DNA of 64,000 nucleotides from Andalucia godoyi And28 (lineage: Eukaryota; Protista; Jakobida), in NCBI GenBank assembly GCA_009859145.1, contig VRVR01000015.1, positions 1 through 64,000 of the forward strand, given 5' to 3'. The notes below the pieces were generated by a model. The model saw only the letters and a program-made list of their open reading frames with translations, was not told the origin of the DNA and ran no database searches. A program made the translations under genes and the position numbers. This document shows positions 10,001-22,100 of this stretch, piece after piece (positions within the stretch are counted from its first letter, which is position 1; each line of letters starts with the position of its first letter).

Positions 10001-10240
10001 ACCGCCATTGCTGGACGATGCCGCCGCAGGAGATCTGCCTAGATGACTGTGCGGCGCCTGTGGATTGGACGATGGACTAGGCCGCCCAACCATGCTTTGC
10101 GGAGAAGGTCGGGAAGGCCCAGAGACATCGTCTCGAAAGCCGCGCGAGGACGAGGAACTCGCAGACGACGATGAAGCCGGAGGGGTGTTCGGACCATCGT
10201 CCTTGTCATCCGTCTTTTTCTTTTTCAAAAATCCAAACAT
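7058..10240 (-). CDS. Coiled-coil protein with three UVR (UvrB/C)-like motifs, resembling the uncharacterised At5g25070 type
   Basis: Long ORF; ATG 10240 (MFGFLKKKK); disordered Ser-rich N-terminus; long heptad region; motifs EEAAMSEDFDRANIV, KKLAVAARNFREAQRI and AASDNEDFERAAEIQ. Family resemblance is from memory. Confidence 0.85.
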   Translation of the reverse strand: MFGFLKKKKTDDKDDGPNTPPASSSSASSSSSRGFRDDVSGPSRPSPQSMVGRPSPSSNPQAPHSHLGRSPAAASSSNGGGVASAGAASDDMGLFAGMNVAPTSTRKATSGSSGTAAHSSSPASAHSSAHASSERSSQSTSSNTGGPPQRNAGEDSSRVSASVLSNASSAVDSATVGARSSNGPKTVAPVLDDAVVFRPPSPVEGTSGETSERKQPARVATRRRKGGKIGAADGSGKTEDGTDSQAEALQSDPAPADVDQEISSDRKQPAPAVATSMSKTDNLAPANENSRKLDGAADEEDALRVDKVPVNADHKNPLDQKPIVSAAPASAPAIHAVEVPASTTTDSKSESVVLAQQVPQQESLQMKADIPTAAIPKHLLQAAEALNAALQRDLSKVRGTEDSIRNEMRCSSFLRRKAFCDLSELRRASASLQNELEEAAMSEDFDRANIVTERIGKCLESIAQTQFLLDGFESKFAEIEKATQETAEQRKKVFETYLDQMQSLLAEQEMIVEQNIYVPSEDILNLESEISEASLRIARRERHANLDLEDVRQRMASLQAKIDSSTADLQQQKTEVERRKQAVEEEIAALEVQLRLKRAEHSRLTKTHEETVTRISQMSSRFDRDKDQIIAEQKQLTDILRSFEKERADVAKKQAEVDSKALVFRERERKSREVFDRLAAQYAALETQASEAESLTEQSVEELKILSSIRDVENAAYRRIERLRESVSALEEDIQKSASSKLRIQNEISSMRQNMATAEVRLPELEKEKKLAVAARNFREAQRITNEIKQFQQLQVEGETMISALSDELLAENRKSEQLSNESVMASSLLQQEERTYDIERIRFLTEQLNLLGKEMSSGKKMSIQELDYVRQEMSVCETERKVLSSKHASDVANGMVLLPESSVESTEVDAEESTEHAGHVEDELSVGFHDMLGLSSDEDASAANAHSLGAESPGAEVSPSFDFLAPNVSADADTEMHEETDDDAEAGSTVEAMQTEEEDPAIIWNARLIEIEQVLMQHDADIVAASDNEDFERAAEIQADMDRLVLEKEDIMAKLASRS

Positions 10241-10685
10241 TTGATCCGGAGTTGCACCACGGATAGATCTCGATAGCAAATTTAATTTAAATAATAATTA
10301 ATTTAAAATTTAAAAAAACAGAAATGAAGGTAAAATATGACATTAAAAAAAAGATAAGAGGACAAAGGAAAAGGTGGAAAAAGCAGACACGGAAAGAGGA
10401 GCTTTTCACGAACGTGATCGATTTCCATGTTGTCCATTGAGCGCTGACAAGTCGGAGAAGACTCAGAAAAACGAGCAGCTACGGCCGGCGGCACCATTTT
10501 CTTGAATTCAGGAAAAAAGGGTGCATCAATTCTCAAAACAACCTCCCAACACGAAGCAATGTTTCAATCGAGACAGCAAGGTATTTTCCCCTCCAAATCG
10601 ACCCGTGGTGTATGTGCTCTGCACTGCGCGAGGCTGTTGAAAAAAGAAGCACGAAGCACGAAGCACGACATCGGCTAGATAAAAA

Positions 10686-10898
10686 ATGGACTTTGCGATT
10701 GCAATTGCGGTTTGTTCTGCAGTGGCTGTTTTTCTAACGCCCTTTCAAAAGCACCTGTCAAAGTATCGCTACGCAAAGTATGACAACCCGCTGCTTGTTG
10801 TGGAGTACTTGCGCCGGATAGATCCACCCGCAGTTGAAGCAGCAGCATCCGGCATCTCATCTCGTCATGCGCTAGAAGTGTCTCGGTCCTCATCGTGA
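10686..10898 (+). CDS. Putative small protein with hydrophobic N-terminus (70 aa)
   Basis: ATG after an A-rich leader; N-terminal MDFAIAIAVCSAVAVFL; lies in an otherwise empty intergenic gap. No homology recognised. Confidence 0.25.
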   Translation: MDFAIAIAVCSAVAVFLTPFQKHLSKYRYAKYDNPLLVVEYLRRIDPPAVEAAASGISSRHALEVSRSSS

Positions 10899-11135
10899 TC
10901 TTGTTCGCCGGTGCAGTGCCTCCCCTCTCCTTTTAATGCGAAACAAGGGAAGAAGAAGAAGAATGGAAACCATGGAGGATCATCTATATAACGATCGAGT
11001 CATGTCTTTTTATTCTTTCTTTTTATCATTATTGTTACTATTGTGTAACTTTTTCTTTCGCGGGTACTCGGGACGGCGGGACAATTGACAAACAAATGTG
11101 CTTGGGACACAGAAACAGCGACTACTACAATGTAT

Positions 11136-12773
11136 TTAGCAATCGTGTTGTTTGAATGCGGACACCATGCGGTCCTGCATGGCGAGAAGACGGTACTCCG
11201 AATCCTCAACGGTGAACTCGATGTCGTCTGAGTACATGTCGTGCTCCGCAATCTTCTGCGGAACGGCTCCCTTGACGAAGCATCCGACGAGCAAACCAGA
11301 CACGATGGATATTCCGATCGTGATGGCCAGAGACGCAAGCTGGTACTTTGCCTGATCGTCGCCACGCGGGAACACATCGCTGAACGTACCATTGTAAAGA
11401 CTGTGATCACCTGCAGCTCGAAGCGCAGCAAAAATACTTGCAAGGCCGCCCATAATCCCAGGCACTGCATGCAAAGCATGGACAGAACAAGTATCCACCA
11501 GTCCTAGGTGTTTGCGCAGCAGCGCAGGACCGTAAATGAACAACAACGTAGACACACTTCCGGAAGCGAAGCCAATCACCATTGCACCGCCGGGACCGAT
11601 GTTCAAGTCCGCAGTAGAACCAACAGCCACTCCGCCGGCGAGAACTGCATTGCAGACATCCACCATTTCAATTTTCCGGTGGGAGCGGAACGTCCGGGAG
11701 AACAAAAAGGTAGCAATCGTCGACGAACAAAGAGAGAACACAGTGTTGATGATGGCAACGGACTGTCTGGACTTGGCTGGTGCTGCATTAAAAGAAGGCC
11801 AGAATAGCCACAACGAGACAGTTCCCAGAAACGCAAGCAGATCGCTCGTGTATCTTGAGCGATTGTCTTTGTGGTCCGCGTGGCTGGGCTTTGACATGAC
11901 CCAGGAAACAGCCAGTCCGAAGAGTCCCCCAAACGTATGGATATACATGGAACCGCCGACATCGATGGACTGCAGCTGAAGAGCGCAGATATAGTAATTC
12001 AACGAGTAGAAGATGCTTTCTAAAAATGCAATCACAAACAACTGCGAACTGTCGACTTTTCCAATAAGCGCTCCAAACGAAATGAGAAACGTAGCTGCAC
12101 CAAAGTTGCCTTCAATCAGCCACCGGACAGACAGCTCAATATTTGACCAGTGGCCCTCGTGTGCCTTCTCAAAGAATCCCATGCACAAGATGACCCATTC
12201 CACCATGAAACAAGTAAGCAGGAGGGTGAACCCCAATGCCCCAAAGCCATACCGACGCAAGAACGTCATCAGATACGCAAAACCAATAAGCATCATGGAC
12301 GAAATACCCACATACATGGTATACAAGGAGTCCACAGGAGCGATGCTGTAGTCACCAAACAAGTACCACAGAATAGTGACTGCGAGTTGGCCAGTAAACA
12401 GCAAAACAGAGCCCCGGCTCAGCTGAAAACTGTCACCCTTCTCGCTGTGAGACGACGAAAAGCCCAGCTCAGATAGTGCAGAAAACGGACTTCCCGAAGC
12501 AATGGCATTCACCTTGTCCGCAAGCTTTTGCAAACGAGCACGGCGATCGGCAATAGAAACGTACCCCTCAGACACAGCCGCATCGTCCTTTTGCAACCCA
12601 GAGGATAAGTCCTTTGCGATCAGAGCCAGCTCGTCGCCATCAATGCTCGAAGACACTGCAGAAAGCAACTTCCGAGCCACAGAGACGGATATCACAGGAG
12701 ACGCCCCCATCGGAGTCATTTCAATGTCTGGAGAATCGGGTCCCCGCGCTATTTCTGAAAACGGATTCTCCAT
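11136..12773 (-). CDS. Rhesus-type ammonium/ammonia transporter (Amt/Mep/Rh superfamily, Rh50 branch)
   Basis: Rh-diagnostic motifs IGFAYLMTFLRRYG, LISFGALIGK, DVGGSMYIHTFG, LWLFWPSFNAA, NAVLAGGVAVG and DTCSVHALHAVPG (twin His retained); about 11-12 TM segments. Start moved to ATG 12773 (MENPF). Confidence 0.93.
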   Translation of the reverse strand: MENPFSEIARGPDSPDIEMTPMGASPVISVSVARKLLSAVSSSIDGDELALIAKDLSSGLQKDDAAVSEGYVSIADRRARLQKLADKVNAIASGSPFSALSELGFSSSHSEKGDSFQLSRGSVLLFTGQLAVTILWYLFGDYSIAPVDSLYTMYVGISSMMLIGFAYLMTFLRRYGFGALGFTLLLTCFMVEWVILCMGFFEKAHEGHWSNIELSVRWLIEGNFGAATFLISFGALIGKVDSSQLFVIAFLESIFYSLNYYICALQLQSIDVGGSMYIHTFGGLFGLAVSWVMSKPSHADHKDNRSRYTSDLLAFLGTVSLWLFWPSFNAAPAKSRQSVAIINTVFSLCSSTIATFLFSRTFRSHRKIEMVDVCNAVLAGGVAVGSTADLNIGPGGAMVIGFASGSVSTLLFIYGPALLRKHLGLVDTCSVHALHAVPGIMGGLASIFAALRAAGDHSLYNGTFSDVFPRGDDQAKYQLASLAITIGISIVSGLLVGCFVKGAVPQKIAEHDMYSDDIEFTVEDSEYRLLAMQDRMVSAFKQHDC

Positions 12774-13163
12774 GATCTGGGAAACCGGCACGATGACACT
12801 TGGGCGTCCGCAGCAAGAAGAAGTAGAGGAAGAGGAAGAGGAAGAGGAAGAAGAAGAAGAAGAGAAAGCGTGGGTGAAAGCGCAATCGGAAAAATTGAAA
12901 ATATCAAACTCCAACAACAACTCCAACAACGGCAACGTCACGGAAAACGTAGTTTTTTCGCGAAAGTCGGAGAAGCTGACAGGTGTACTCCGTAGTGACA
13001 GAAAGACTTACACAACAGGCAGTTCGGGGCGCAGCCAACCACTTGAACCTTTTTTCTTTTGATGGGGAAGAGGTTCTGACTACGACGGATCATCAGGACA
13101 GCAGAAGAGGAGAAAAAGCGGCAAATGCACACAGCAGAAGTAACTTTCATGCAGCACATGCGT

Positions 13164-16100
13164 TTATTCAGGGCTCAGAAGACCACACACACCAGCCAAA
13201 ACCCACTTGTGGGGCTTGTCTTGCGACTTGAGATACGCGGTTGTGACGTACGTTGCACCACGCATGGAGGTCGCATAGACAGGACATTCATATGTTCCTT
13301 TCAGGTCCCGTTTTTCCGACAACATTGCCTTCACATAAATCACCGGCAACGCAGGATGCAACTGCTTTAGAATGGAGTCCTTGAGACATCCTGCTTGGGT
13401 GTCCCAGCGTGCGCCTTCAAGGAACAGCCCATGGATGTACGCGCCATCTCGCGGAGCTGCGCCAACCTCTTCAGGCCCCTTTTTCGTGACATCCGTCATC
13501 AAACACATCTTGTCCAACGGCAAATCCTGCTTTCGAGCCGTCGTCTGCATCACAGCCGACAAGAACAAGAGAGGAGAGAAGAGACCGGAAAGCCAGACCG
13601 ACTTCGGCAGATTAAGATCGTTTGACCACTCCGCGAGGAATTGGACCCTCTTCAGCAAATCACCGTACCACGATCCAAGCGGTTTCAACGAAGGGTACGC
13701 AACCTTGGACCACGAATCAGGAACGCGATCTACAAACAGCGCATTCATGATGCGCTCCATTTGCTCCGAGACAGTAAGCTCGCCGCGGAGACCCATTTCA
13801 AGAGTTCGCAACGACATGCGAATTTCCCTGATCAGTATGTTCATGCGATCGCATTCTTGCAATACGACGGAGATATAGGGAGTTCGCTCTTCAATGCGGC
13901 CAATCATTTCCGCAACGTCGTAATTCTCAGGAAGATCTCTCATAATGTCTTCGATAATCTGGCGGACCTTGCTCTCGCGAGATTCTCCAGCAGCCACCGC
14001 ACCGCCACCTTCGAGTTCAGTCAGCAGTCGGAACAAGCTGTCTGCCTCGTTGTTCAAAAAGTTAATCTCAGCATTTGGATGCAATCCAAACATCGGTGGA
14101 GACTCCTGCGGCAGCGACTCCTCGATGTACGTCACGTACTCGGGATACGAGGACACGGGTGGGACTACAAACCCTGGGCCAAGATCAAAGCTTCCTTCCA
14201 AAAGATTTTCCATCATCAATGTTTCCAGATACGTTGAGCAGGTACGACGATCCCACTTGTCCGTGATGTGTCCTCCGTACATGATTTCTCCAAACATGTA
14301 TCGAATATCCTCCCAAGGTACGTTGTTGTTGGCCTCGAGATAGTTGAAGAGCACATTCGCGGAGATCGTCAGATCGCCCGTATTGAACGAATACGCCCGC
14401 GACCAGCCTTGGAAGCCAAACTTGCGGCGACCGAGCACAAGAGCATGGAAGAAACATAGGGTAAACAGAATGGTCTTGAATTCCGTCTGTTTCATGCAGG
14501 ATTCTAAAGTGTCCTGGTTGAAGTTTGCATACGCACGGAGCAAGTTCGCCTTCAACGTCTGGGGCGCCTCGTTTGTGATCTTGAGCGAGTTCTGCAAAAT
14601 ACCTTGTGGAATGTGATCTGCCGGCTCGGCAGTCAGGAAAACGCGGAAGTCTTTGTGCGCCGACTCAGACAGCGATTCCAAAGACCGCTCAAGAGACGGG
14701 AGCCACTTCTTCATCAGGTGGATGTTCTGCAACATCACCCAGCCACCAGTTTTCGACAACTTTTCCAACGCTTGCTCGGCAATAACCTCCTGACCTTGAC
14801 CCAAAGAAACATTGCGGAACTTGCCGTTGTCTTCCGAGAACCCAAGCTTCCTTCCAAGTGCTTCTGCATCCTTCACAGGATCCGCACCCGGGAACAAAAT
14901 GAAAAACAAAGGAGTTGACGGTGACGATTCAAAGAACGTTGCTTCCAAAGAGAACGGGGTCTGCTCGACAAACCGAGATCCCATTGCTTTCTGCACGAAA
15001 TCCCGGACAGCATGCGTCGTCCGATCGGGGCGAAGAGAGCGAATGACCAGCAGTTTTTGAAATTCCGTCTTGTTCTTCCAGTCTTGCGGCAACTTCTCCT
15101 TTTCGGGCTGTTCGGTCTCCGCCCATTCACGCCAACGCTTAGCTGATCCTTCCATGTCGTCCGCAAGCCGCTCAAATCCTTCCAGATCGCGCAAGCCTTG
15201 GACATTCGCCCAAAGTGCATCATCCAGCCAATCCGAAAGCGGATTTGGGGGAGGCTGCGCGGGACGACGGCCAGCGATGAACTGCGTGACCTCCAGAGGA
15301 TCAAGCTCCTTGGACTTCAGCATTATGCGGAAGCAAAGATCAGCCGAAAACACCAACTTGTGTTTCTCGAAGAGACCACGGCGCGCATACGTGAATACGC
15401 ACCATGTGACATTATCAATCAGCTTTGCAACGCGCTCCGCAACTTCTTCTGCAGGAGAACACGTGTCAATCGCTCTGCTGAACACAACGACGAACGAATT
15501 GAGAGAAAATTGATACATGACCTCGATGCGCGATAAAGCATCCAGCAAGAAATAGAGCAGAGATCCGCGAGAAGCAACAGGTCTGTACAGCTCTCTGGCC
15601 TTATTGATGTCTATTTCTGTCTTCTTCGCTAGCTTGACCTTCTCCTCAATCTCGTTGGAAGTCGCTTTCGTCACTTCCAAATTCTCAATCAGAGAAATGT
15701 CTCCAAGAATGTCACCCTCTGCCTTTGAAAGTCGCTCAAGCAGATTATCCTCCAATTCCTTCAGACGGATCTTGAACTCGTTCTGTTGTTTAATCAATCC
15801 AGCTTTCTGTTCTTCGAGATCAGGGCGTTCTTTCTTCACAACCAGCGCAAGCAGTTGCTCTTCAAGACCATCCTCCGTGACCATGAAATTCGTCAGCTGC
15901 GTTTCCGCTTGAATTTCCGGCTTGTAGTGCGGATTCGACAACTTTGTCTGGAGGATAAGACGGAACTTCGGATCGTACTCCACCTCCTTGTCTCCAAGGC
16001 GAACAAACAAGTCTCGGCCTTTGCGGATCACCTGCCGCGACAAAATGGGCTGCAACACAGCGTCAATCGACTCTTGAATGTTTTCGATGAGAACAGTGTG

Positions 16101-19100
16101 CCCATTCTTGATCGCATTTTCCAGCATGTCCAACATGCGATTCTGACCAAGACGCATGACCTTCAGACGGTCGCCATACAAGTTCTTCACAAAAGAAACA
16201 CCCTGCAGTTGCGGGTCAATGATAAGGGGCCAGCGTTCGCAGCGAGTGAAGATGGTTCCATTCTCTATGGAGACGCGGTCAGCAGGAAGCCCGAGATTGT
16301 TCCATCCTGCAACAGCCGCATCATCGGTCAGCAGTGCCAAAGGATCGACCGTAGGAGAACAAGCAAGATGGATGTCTTTCAGCTTCGGGATCCACCGATC
16401 ATTCAGCAAGTCCTTGCGGAAACGGAACGTAAACGCACCGATATACGACACAAATGCCGCAGAAACCAGAACATCGCCCACTAAAACATCCAGTGCTTGC
16501 TGCAACTTCTTGATATTCTCAGCCCAGCGCACGTTTTCGGATGCAAGGGCTCGAACAAGGCGCTGTGCTAGACTCAGACGATTCTGCGTCTTCTCCGCCT
16601 GCTCCTGGACGGCCAACTTTTCCGCGTTCGCTTTCTCAAACCGTTCCTCCAAGTCACGCAGCTTCGCTTGCAAAGCCGCTACTTCTGCCTGCACTGCTCG
16701 CAACTTCGTATTTGCAGCATCCAACTGAGCGTTGGCTTCGGCAAGCTTCAATCGCTTCGGTTCAACTTCGCAAAAGATGTCATAGTAGATCACAGTGTTC
16801 CTGGCCCACTCGCAGATACCTGCAGCAGCAGAAGACTTCGATTTCAGATACTCTCCATTGAAGTTGGGACTCGTCAAAAACGGCTGTGCAGCTTGCAAAG
16901 ACGCTGCAGGAATGTTTTCCTTGTCGTACGTCTGCAATGTCTTCAGGAACTGGTCCACGTTCGCCATGGCTTTCTGAGCAGCAGACCAGCTACGATCTTT
17001 GGTAACACCGGATTTCGGAGACAGCAAGATTAAGACCACGTTCAACACATCCGCAACTTCCTGGGTGGGCTTCTTGAACGACTTCAGCTCTGTTAAGTTT
17101 CCCTTGTTCAGCGTATTCAGAGCGGCCTCGGCAGCAATAATGGCAGGCTCTGCGCGTTTCAACTCTTCCTGGCACTGTTGCTGGAAGCCAGAAACCTCGC
17201 GTGCAATCTTGTTGCACACGTCAGCTTCTTCCTGCGCTTTGGCATTCTCGGCCTCTACAATCGCTGTCTCGTGCGCAACCTGCTTCAGGAGCTTTTCCAC
17301 TGCAGCTTTCTTGTCCTCCACAATGACCTGTTGCCTCTTCAGGTTTTCCTCGAGTTCTGCAACATCGTCCGACGTCTTGCGCAGTTTCACCAATCCGGCC
17401 TCAAGACGCTCGATCTTGGAAACTGTAATGGAACGCTGCGAAGACAGAAGATTCTTGTAGAAGGCAATCAACTCCAAAAACGACTTTGGAGTGGTGTAAT
17501 TGTACCGTCGCTCACGGACCAAAAGTTCCTTGGACGCATCATCAACCGACTGATGCGCAAATGCCATGAACTCCACAACCTTTGCCTGATTTTCCTTCGA
17601 GCCAAGATCCACATCTTCCAAAAAGCGGTTTGCCACGGAGACCAGCGCTTCCCGGGGCCACGGCTGGAACCAGTCAATAACTGTGCAACTGACAAGTGCC
17701 GGGAACTTTCGCGCACGAACGCGGAGGGCATCCCCTACTGGAGAGAAGCACAGGACAACATGCAAATTACGACGCACTTTCTCAATGAAAAAGTCCCAAC
17801 AATTGTCGCGAGTATCAATTACCCCTGCTTGCTTCACCTCACTTCGGATACCATTGACAATCGTGTCGATTTCATCCGTCGCAAACAAGTCCGGGATGTT
17901 TCCGGAAGAAAGCAGATCGTTCAAGAATACGAGGAAGCGTTCGTCAACGATTTGCGAATCCGTAAACAGGAACACTGTGGATTCTGACTTGAGACCGACT
18001 TTCATGTACATGTTCTTCAAGTCCTCTTTCAGCTCATTGATGCCGTAAGAACGTGAAATCGTAATCTGCGTAACGGTGTATCCGGATATGAACGCGGCAA
18101 GTCTGCTCAAAGACTGTTTTCCTGAGCCACCAACACCAACCAACAGCGCGTGACCGGCAGGATTCTCGATGATACGGGAAATTCTGCAAACGTGGGACAT
18201 GGCATCCTCGAACAATACGAGGTTCATGACTGCATTCGTCTCATTGTAGTCGTTCAGCGCATCGTTGAGAGTCTTGGCAAGTGATTGGAAACTTGACACC
18301 TCGTCATAGACTTTCTCAGTTCCGTAGCCACGAGCAAAGTGGGAAAACACGAGTGGTGTGGGAATCAACACATCGGCTTCAAAGTCCGGGAAGTTCTTCC
18401 GCACCGTCGGGAGCAGCACTTCCTTCAAGAAGATGTGGCGGTCATCTTCGTCCACAAGACGATCCCCGTACACACGACAAGCCTCGTGGATCCACAATGA
18501 AGTCAGCTTCCTCACGTCCGTAAAAACGTTGGAACGAGACAAAAGGATGCCTTGGAAAATGTCCGACAGGTGTCGCAAATTGAATTCGTAGTGGAATTTG
18601 ATCGCAGTCTTCAAGAATGTATCGGTGACTTTCTTGTGCAAGTCAAGAGCAGCCGAGACAATCTTGTCACGAACGTTCTTCACTCCTTGCGCAAAGTTCT
18701 GCTGCAAATGACCATCCAAAATGGACACGTAGATTGTTTGCAACGACTCACGAGAAGGTAAACTGACCGCAAACGTTGCGAAATGTCGTTGCAATCGAGG
18801 GTCGACAAAAAACGATCCCGCGGACGGATTCATCGCTGCAAGATACTGACAGTTGTGAACATCCTTCAAAGTAAGCTTTTTGCGATCATACCAGTGAGAA
18901 TAATCAACATGCTGTCTGATCAAAGCGATAGGGGTCTGTGTTCCATAGTTGTCGACGTACGGCATATTCAGATCGTCAACAAAGTAGATCATGCGCTTCG
19001 TTCCAGGAGGTCCGTAGTTGCGACCCGCTTTCTTTTCCAACGGTCTTTCCATGATGGCCTGCAGTGTCCGAGCATCTGTGTAGTAGTTGAAATTGATCTT

Positions 19101-22100
19101 CGTGGTCATGATTTGGTCTTCGGGCAACTTTGCAACTTTCTGCGAAACCAACTTCGTCTTTCCGGATCCGGCAGGACCGACAAGCAGAACAGGGTGACGC
19201 AAGCGAATAAGCATATCCATGAAATACTCCAGACAAGATGTTTCAACGGTAGGGACCATCACGGAGGAAAGTGGAACTTCAGGATCGTACACAAACGTCG
19301 ACATCAGGTCGTTCCATTTCTCGAAGCGCAACACACCGTCCACATTCTTCACATAATAGTCAAAGACGGTTCCGGCTTCCGGATACTTCACCGTCTTGAA
19401 CTCGCCTTTCCACCACCGCGAAAACTGCAGTCGGTAGTCAACGTTATCCTCAAACGTCAACGGTCCTCCAAACGCCCAAACGCAGGAAAAGACCACCAGC
19501 AGTTCGTACACGTCCTTGTCAGACTCGCCGGGCTTCACTAAAGGCAAAAGACCGTTGAGATAAACGCAGAAGTTCTCAACTGAAGAGATATCGCTTACAG
19601 GAACGATACTCTTGAAGTTCTTGCGGACGTAGCTGACACAAAGAGGCAAATACCTTTCGACAAGCACTTGGAGATGCGTTCGTTCATTGACATCTTCCCG
19701 CCTCTCGATCCACGATTGGACAAACGGCATCCAGCCAATATCCTGCTCTGCAACATACAAGATTCCCGCACGCGACACCGTTGCCGGAGTCGCATATTTC
19801 AGATGCGAAATCTCGAACAACAGACGCATGTGATCCAGCAAAGGAATGCGCTCATTGGACGCAAGTGTCAAAATCTTGTTGTCGTCCATCACGGAGTTCA
19901 TGGATTCAATCCATTCCGTATCCAAGTCCCCATCCAAAATGATCCACTTCGGATTCGTGTCTTCGACACGCCCAAGGTCTCGCATGATCGATGACAACAG
20001 CCCATCTTCCCATTCCCGAGTTGCAGGATTGATGTACCCGTACAGCTCATTGGACGTGATCGCCTTTGGATTCAGATCCTTACAAGTCGTCTTCTTCCCG
20101 CGTTTGGTGGTCGACGCTGCAAGAGACTTCCAAACCACCGATTTTCCAGCTCCAGACGGACCCAAGACGAAAACGGAGTGACGAACAGTAAGCAGTTCCT
20201 CGAGTTGAACAACCTTCAAAATGAGACTCTCCTCTGGTTGCCAGCCCTTTTCTACAATGCACTGGCGGATCGTTTCCTCAAACGTCATATCTCGCTTTCG
20301 AGGAAGTTCCAATCCCGGAAACAAGTCATTGATGAGACCCATGAAGACAGACAGATCGTCTGCAACAATCTTTGGAAGATTGAAGTCTCGCAACGCTCGC
20401 ATAAGAATCATCTCCTCGTCAATGTGCGGCTCTGCACGCCGAAGCGAGCCTGCAACCACCAAAACGGATTTGATTGCACGCAGACCCCAATCGTAGTGAT
20501 CCTGTTTCGACAGCAGGTCTCTGCACAAGCTGTACAACGTAATGAATTTCTTCGCAAGGACGCGCGCGTTCACAAAACCCTCTGCCATCAACATGTTCTC
20601 ACAAATCAGTTCCAGATCCGGCACGACAACAGTCACCGGTCGGAAAAGAGCCTTCAGCGATTCGGGCAGCTCGGTCCGTCCCAGATACCCCGGATTCATC
20701 GTGATGAATGCTCCGCACGTGAGATCCAATGCAATGTCTTCTCCCTGGAAATTGAATCGGGTTTTGCACTCGCGAATTGCATCCAAGATCGATTTAAACT
20801 GTGTCGAAACGACGGACAAAACTTCAACAGAAATACGGTTGAACTCATCGAAGCAGCCCCAGGCTCCAGAAGACGCCAGACCTTTGAAAATGTTTCCCAG
20901 CGATTTGTAATCCATTTGGTCTGAACAGTTGAAAACATACACGGGTTTGCCGACCTGAGATCCCAAATCTTTTGTGGTCTCTGTTTTTCCAGTACCGGCT
21001 GGTCCCGCTGGGGCGCAGCCCATAATCAAATGCAAAGACTGTGTGGCAGTGATGTAAATACGATCTGTCAAGGGAGTGATGACCAGCCGTGGCCCGTTTC
21101 CGAGATACTCGTATCCATACACAAACTCGGCATCGCAGATGTTAATAAAACATTCCTTTTTGGCGTCATCCCAACGAGGTCGTAGCTGACTCTGCCACGC
21201 GAAGGCCGAAGAGGACTCGACTTTATCGCGGATGACGTTTTGAATCACATCGCGAGCATGAACATCAAGCGTCACCAAACACATGACAGTCATACGGTCG
21301 CCTTTCTTGAGGTCCCCCTGCACCAACTTGATAAGATTATGCAGTTGCTGGATTTGTTTCTTGTTGTAGTCTTTCAGTGCATTCTCGTTCCCGTCTTCAA
21401 GACTCTCAAACGCATGAGACACCTCTGTCGCCCAATAAATCTGCGTCGTCAACAACACCACTTGAGCGGGGAAGTCCAGCAGCCACGACTCTCGAGGTTT
21501 CTCCTCGTATGCGTACACGGAGGACTGAATAATCTTGTTCAAATTGAAACGAATCGCTTCAACGACCCGGTTCAACCACAACTCTACCTGGCCAACGCAA
21601 CTGCACGCAGAATCGAACCCAACTACTTCTCCCTCTCTGCTGATCATACCCACCGCGTTGTTTGTTAACGTGGAGCCTTCCTTCGCAAAATCCAATTTCT
21701 GGATGGCTTGGAAAAGCTTTGGCATGTGAGACATCACAGCATGAGGGGACTGCCCGCCTTTTGACAGGATGTCCAGCAAATCAGGAACTGAAACGAAATA
21801 GAATCGAGGGAAGGCTTTGCGCTTGGTTTCGAGATACTCCGACAGTGACTTCTCGCATTTCGACAGCTGGTCCTGAATTCGGGAAAGCGCATCATCCAGC
21901 CCGTCTTTGCAACAGGCGTCAACAATGCGTGGTGTTCTTTCAGCATCTCGCAACAATCCTTTCAAATCATTGTCTAGCCTTTCGAATCGAGCGGAATCTT
22001 CAGGAAGTTGTCGGCGGATGTCCTCCGAACCAATAAAGATGTTCTCGAGGTACGCCCAGGTGCGCTGAACATCAACAAACAGAGAGATTGCTGAATCCAC

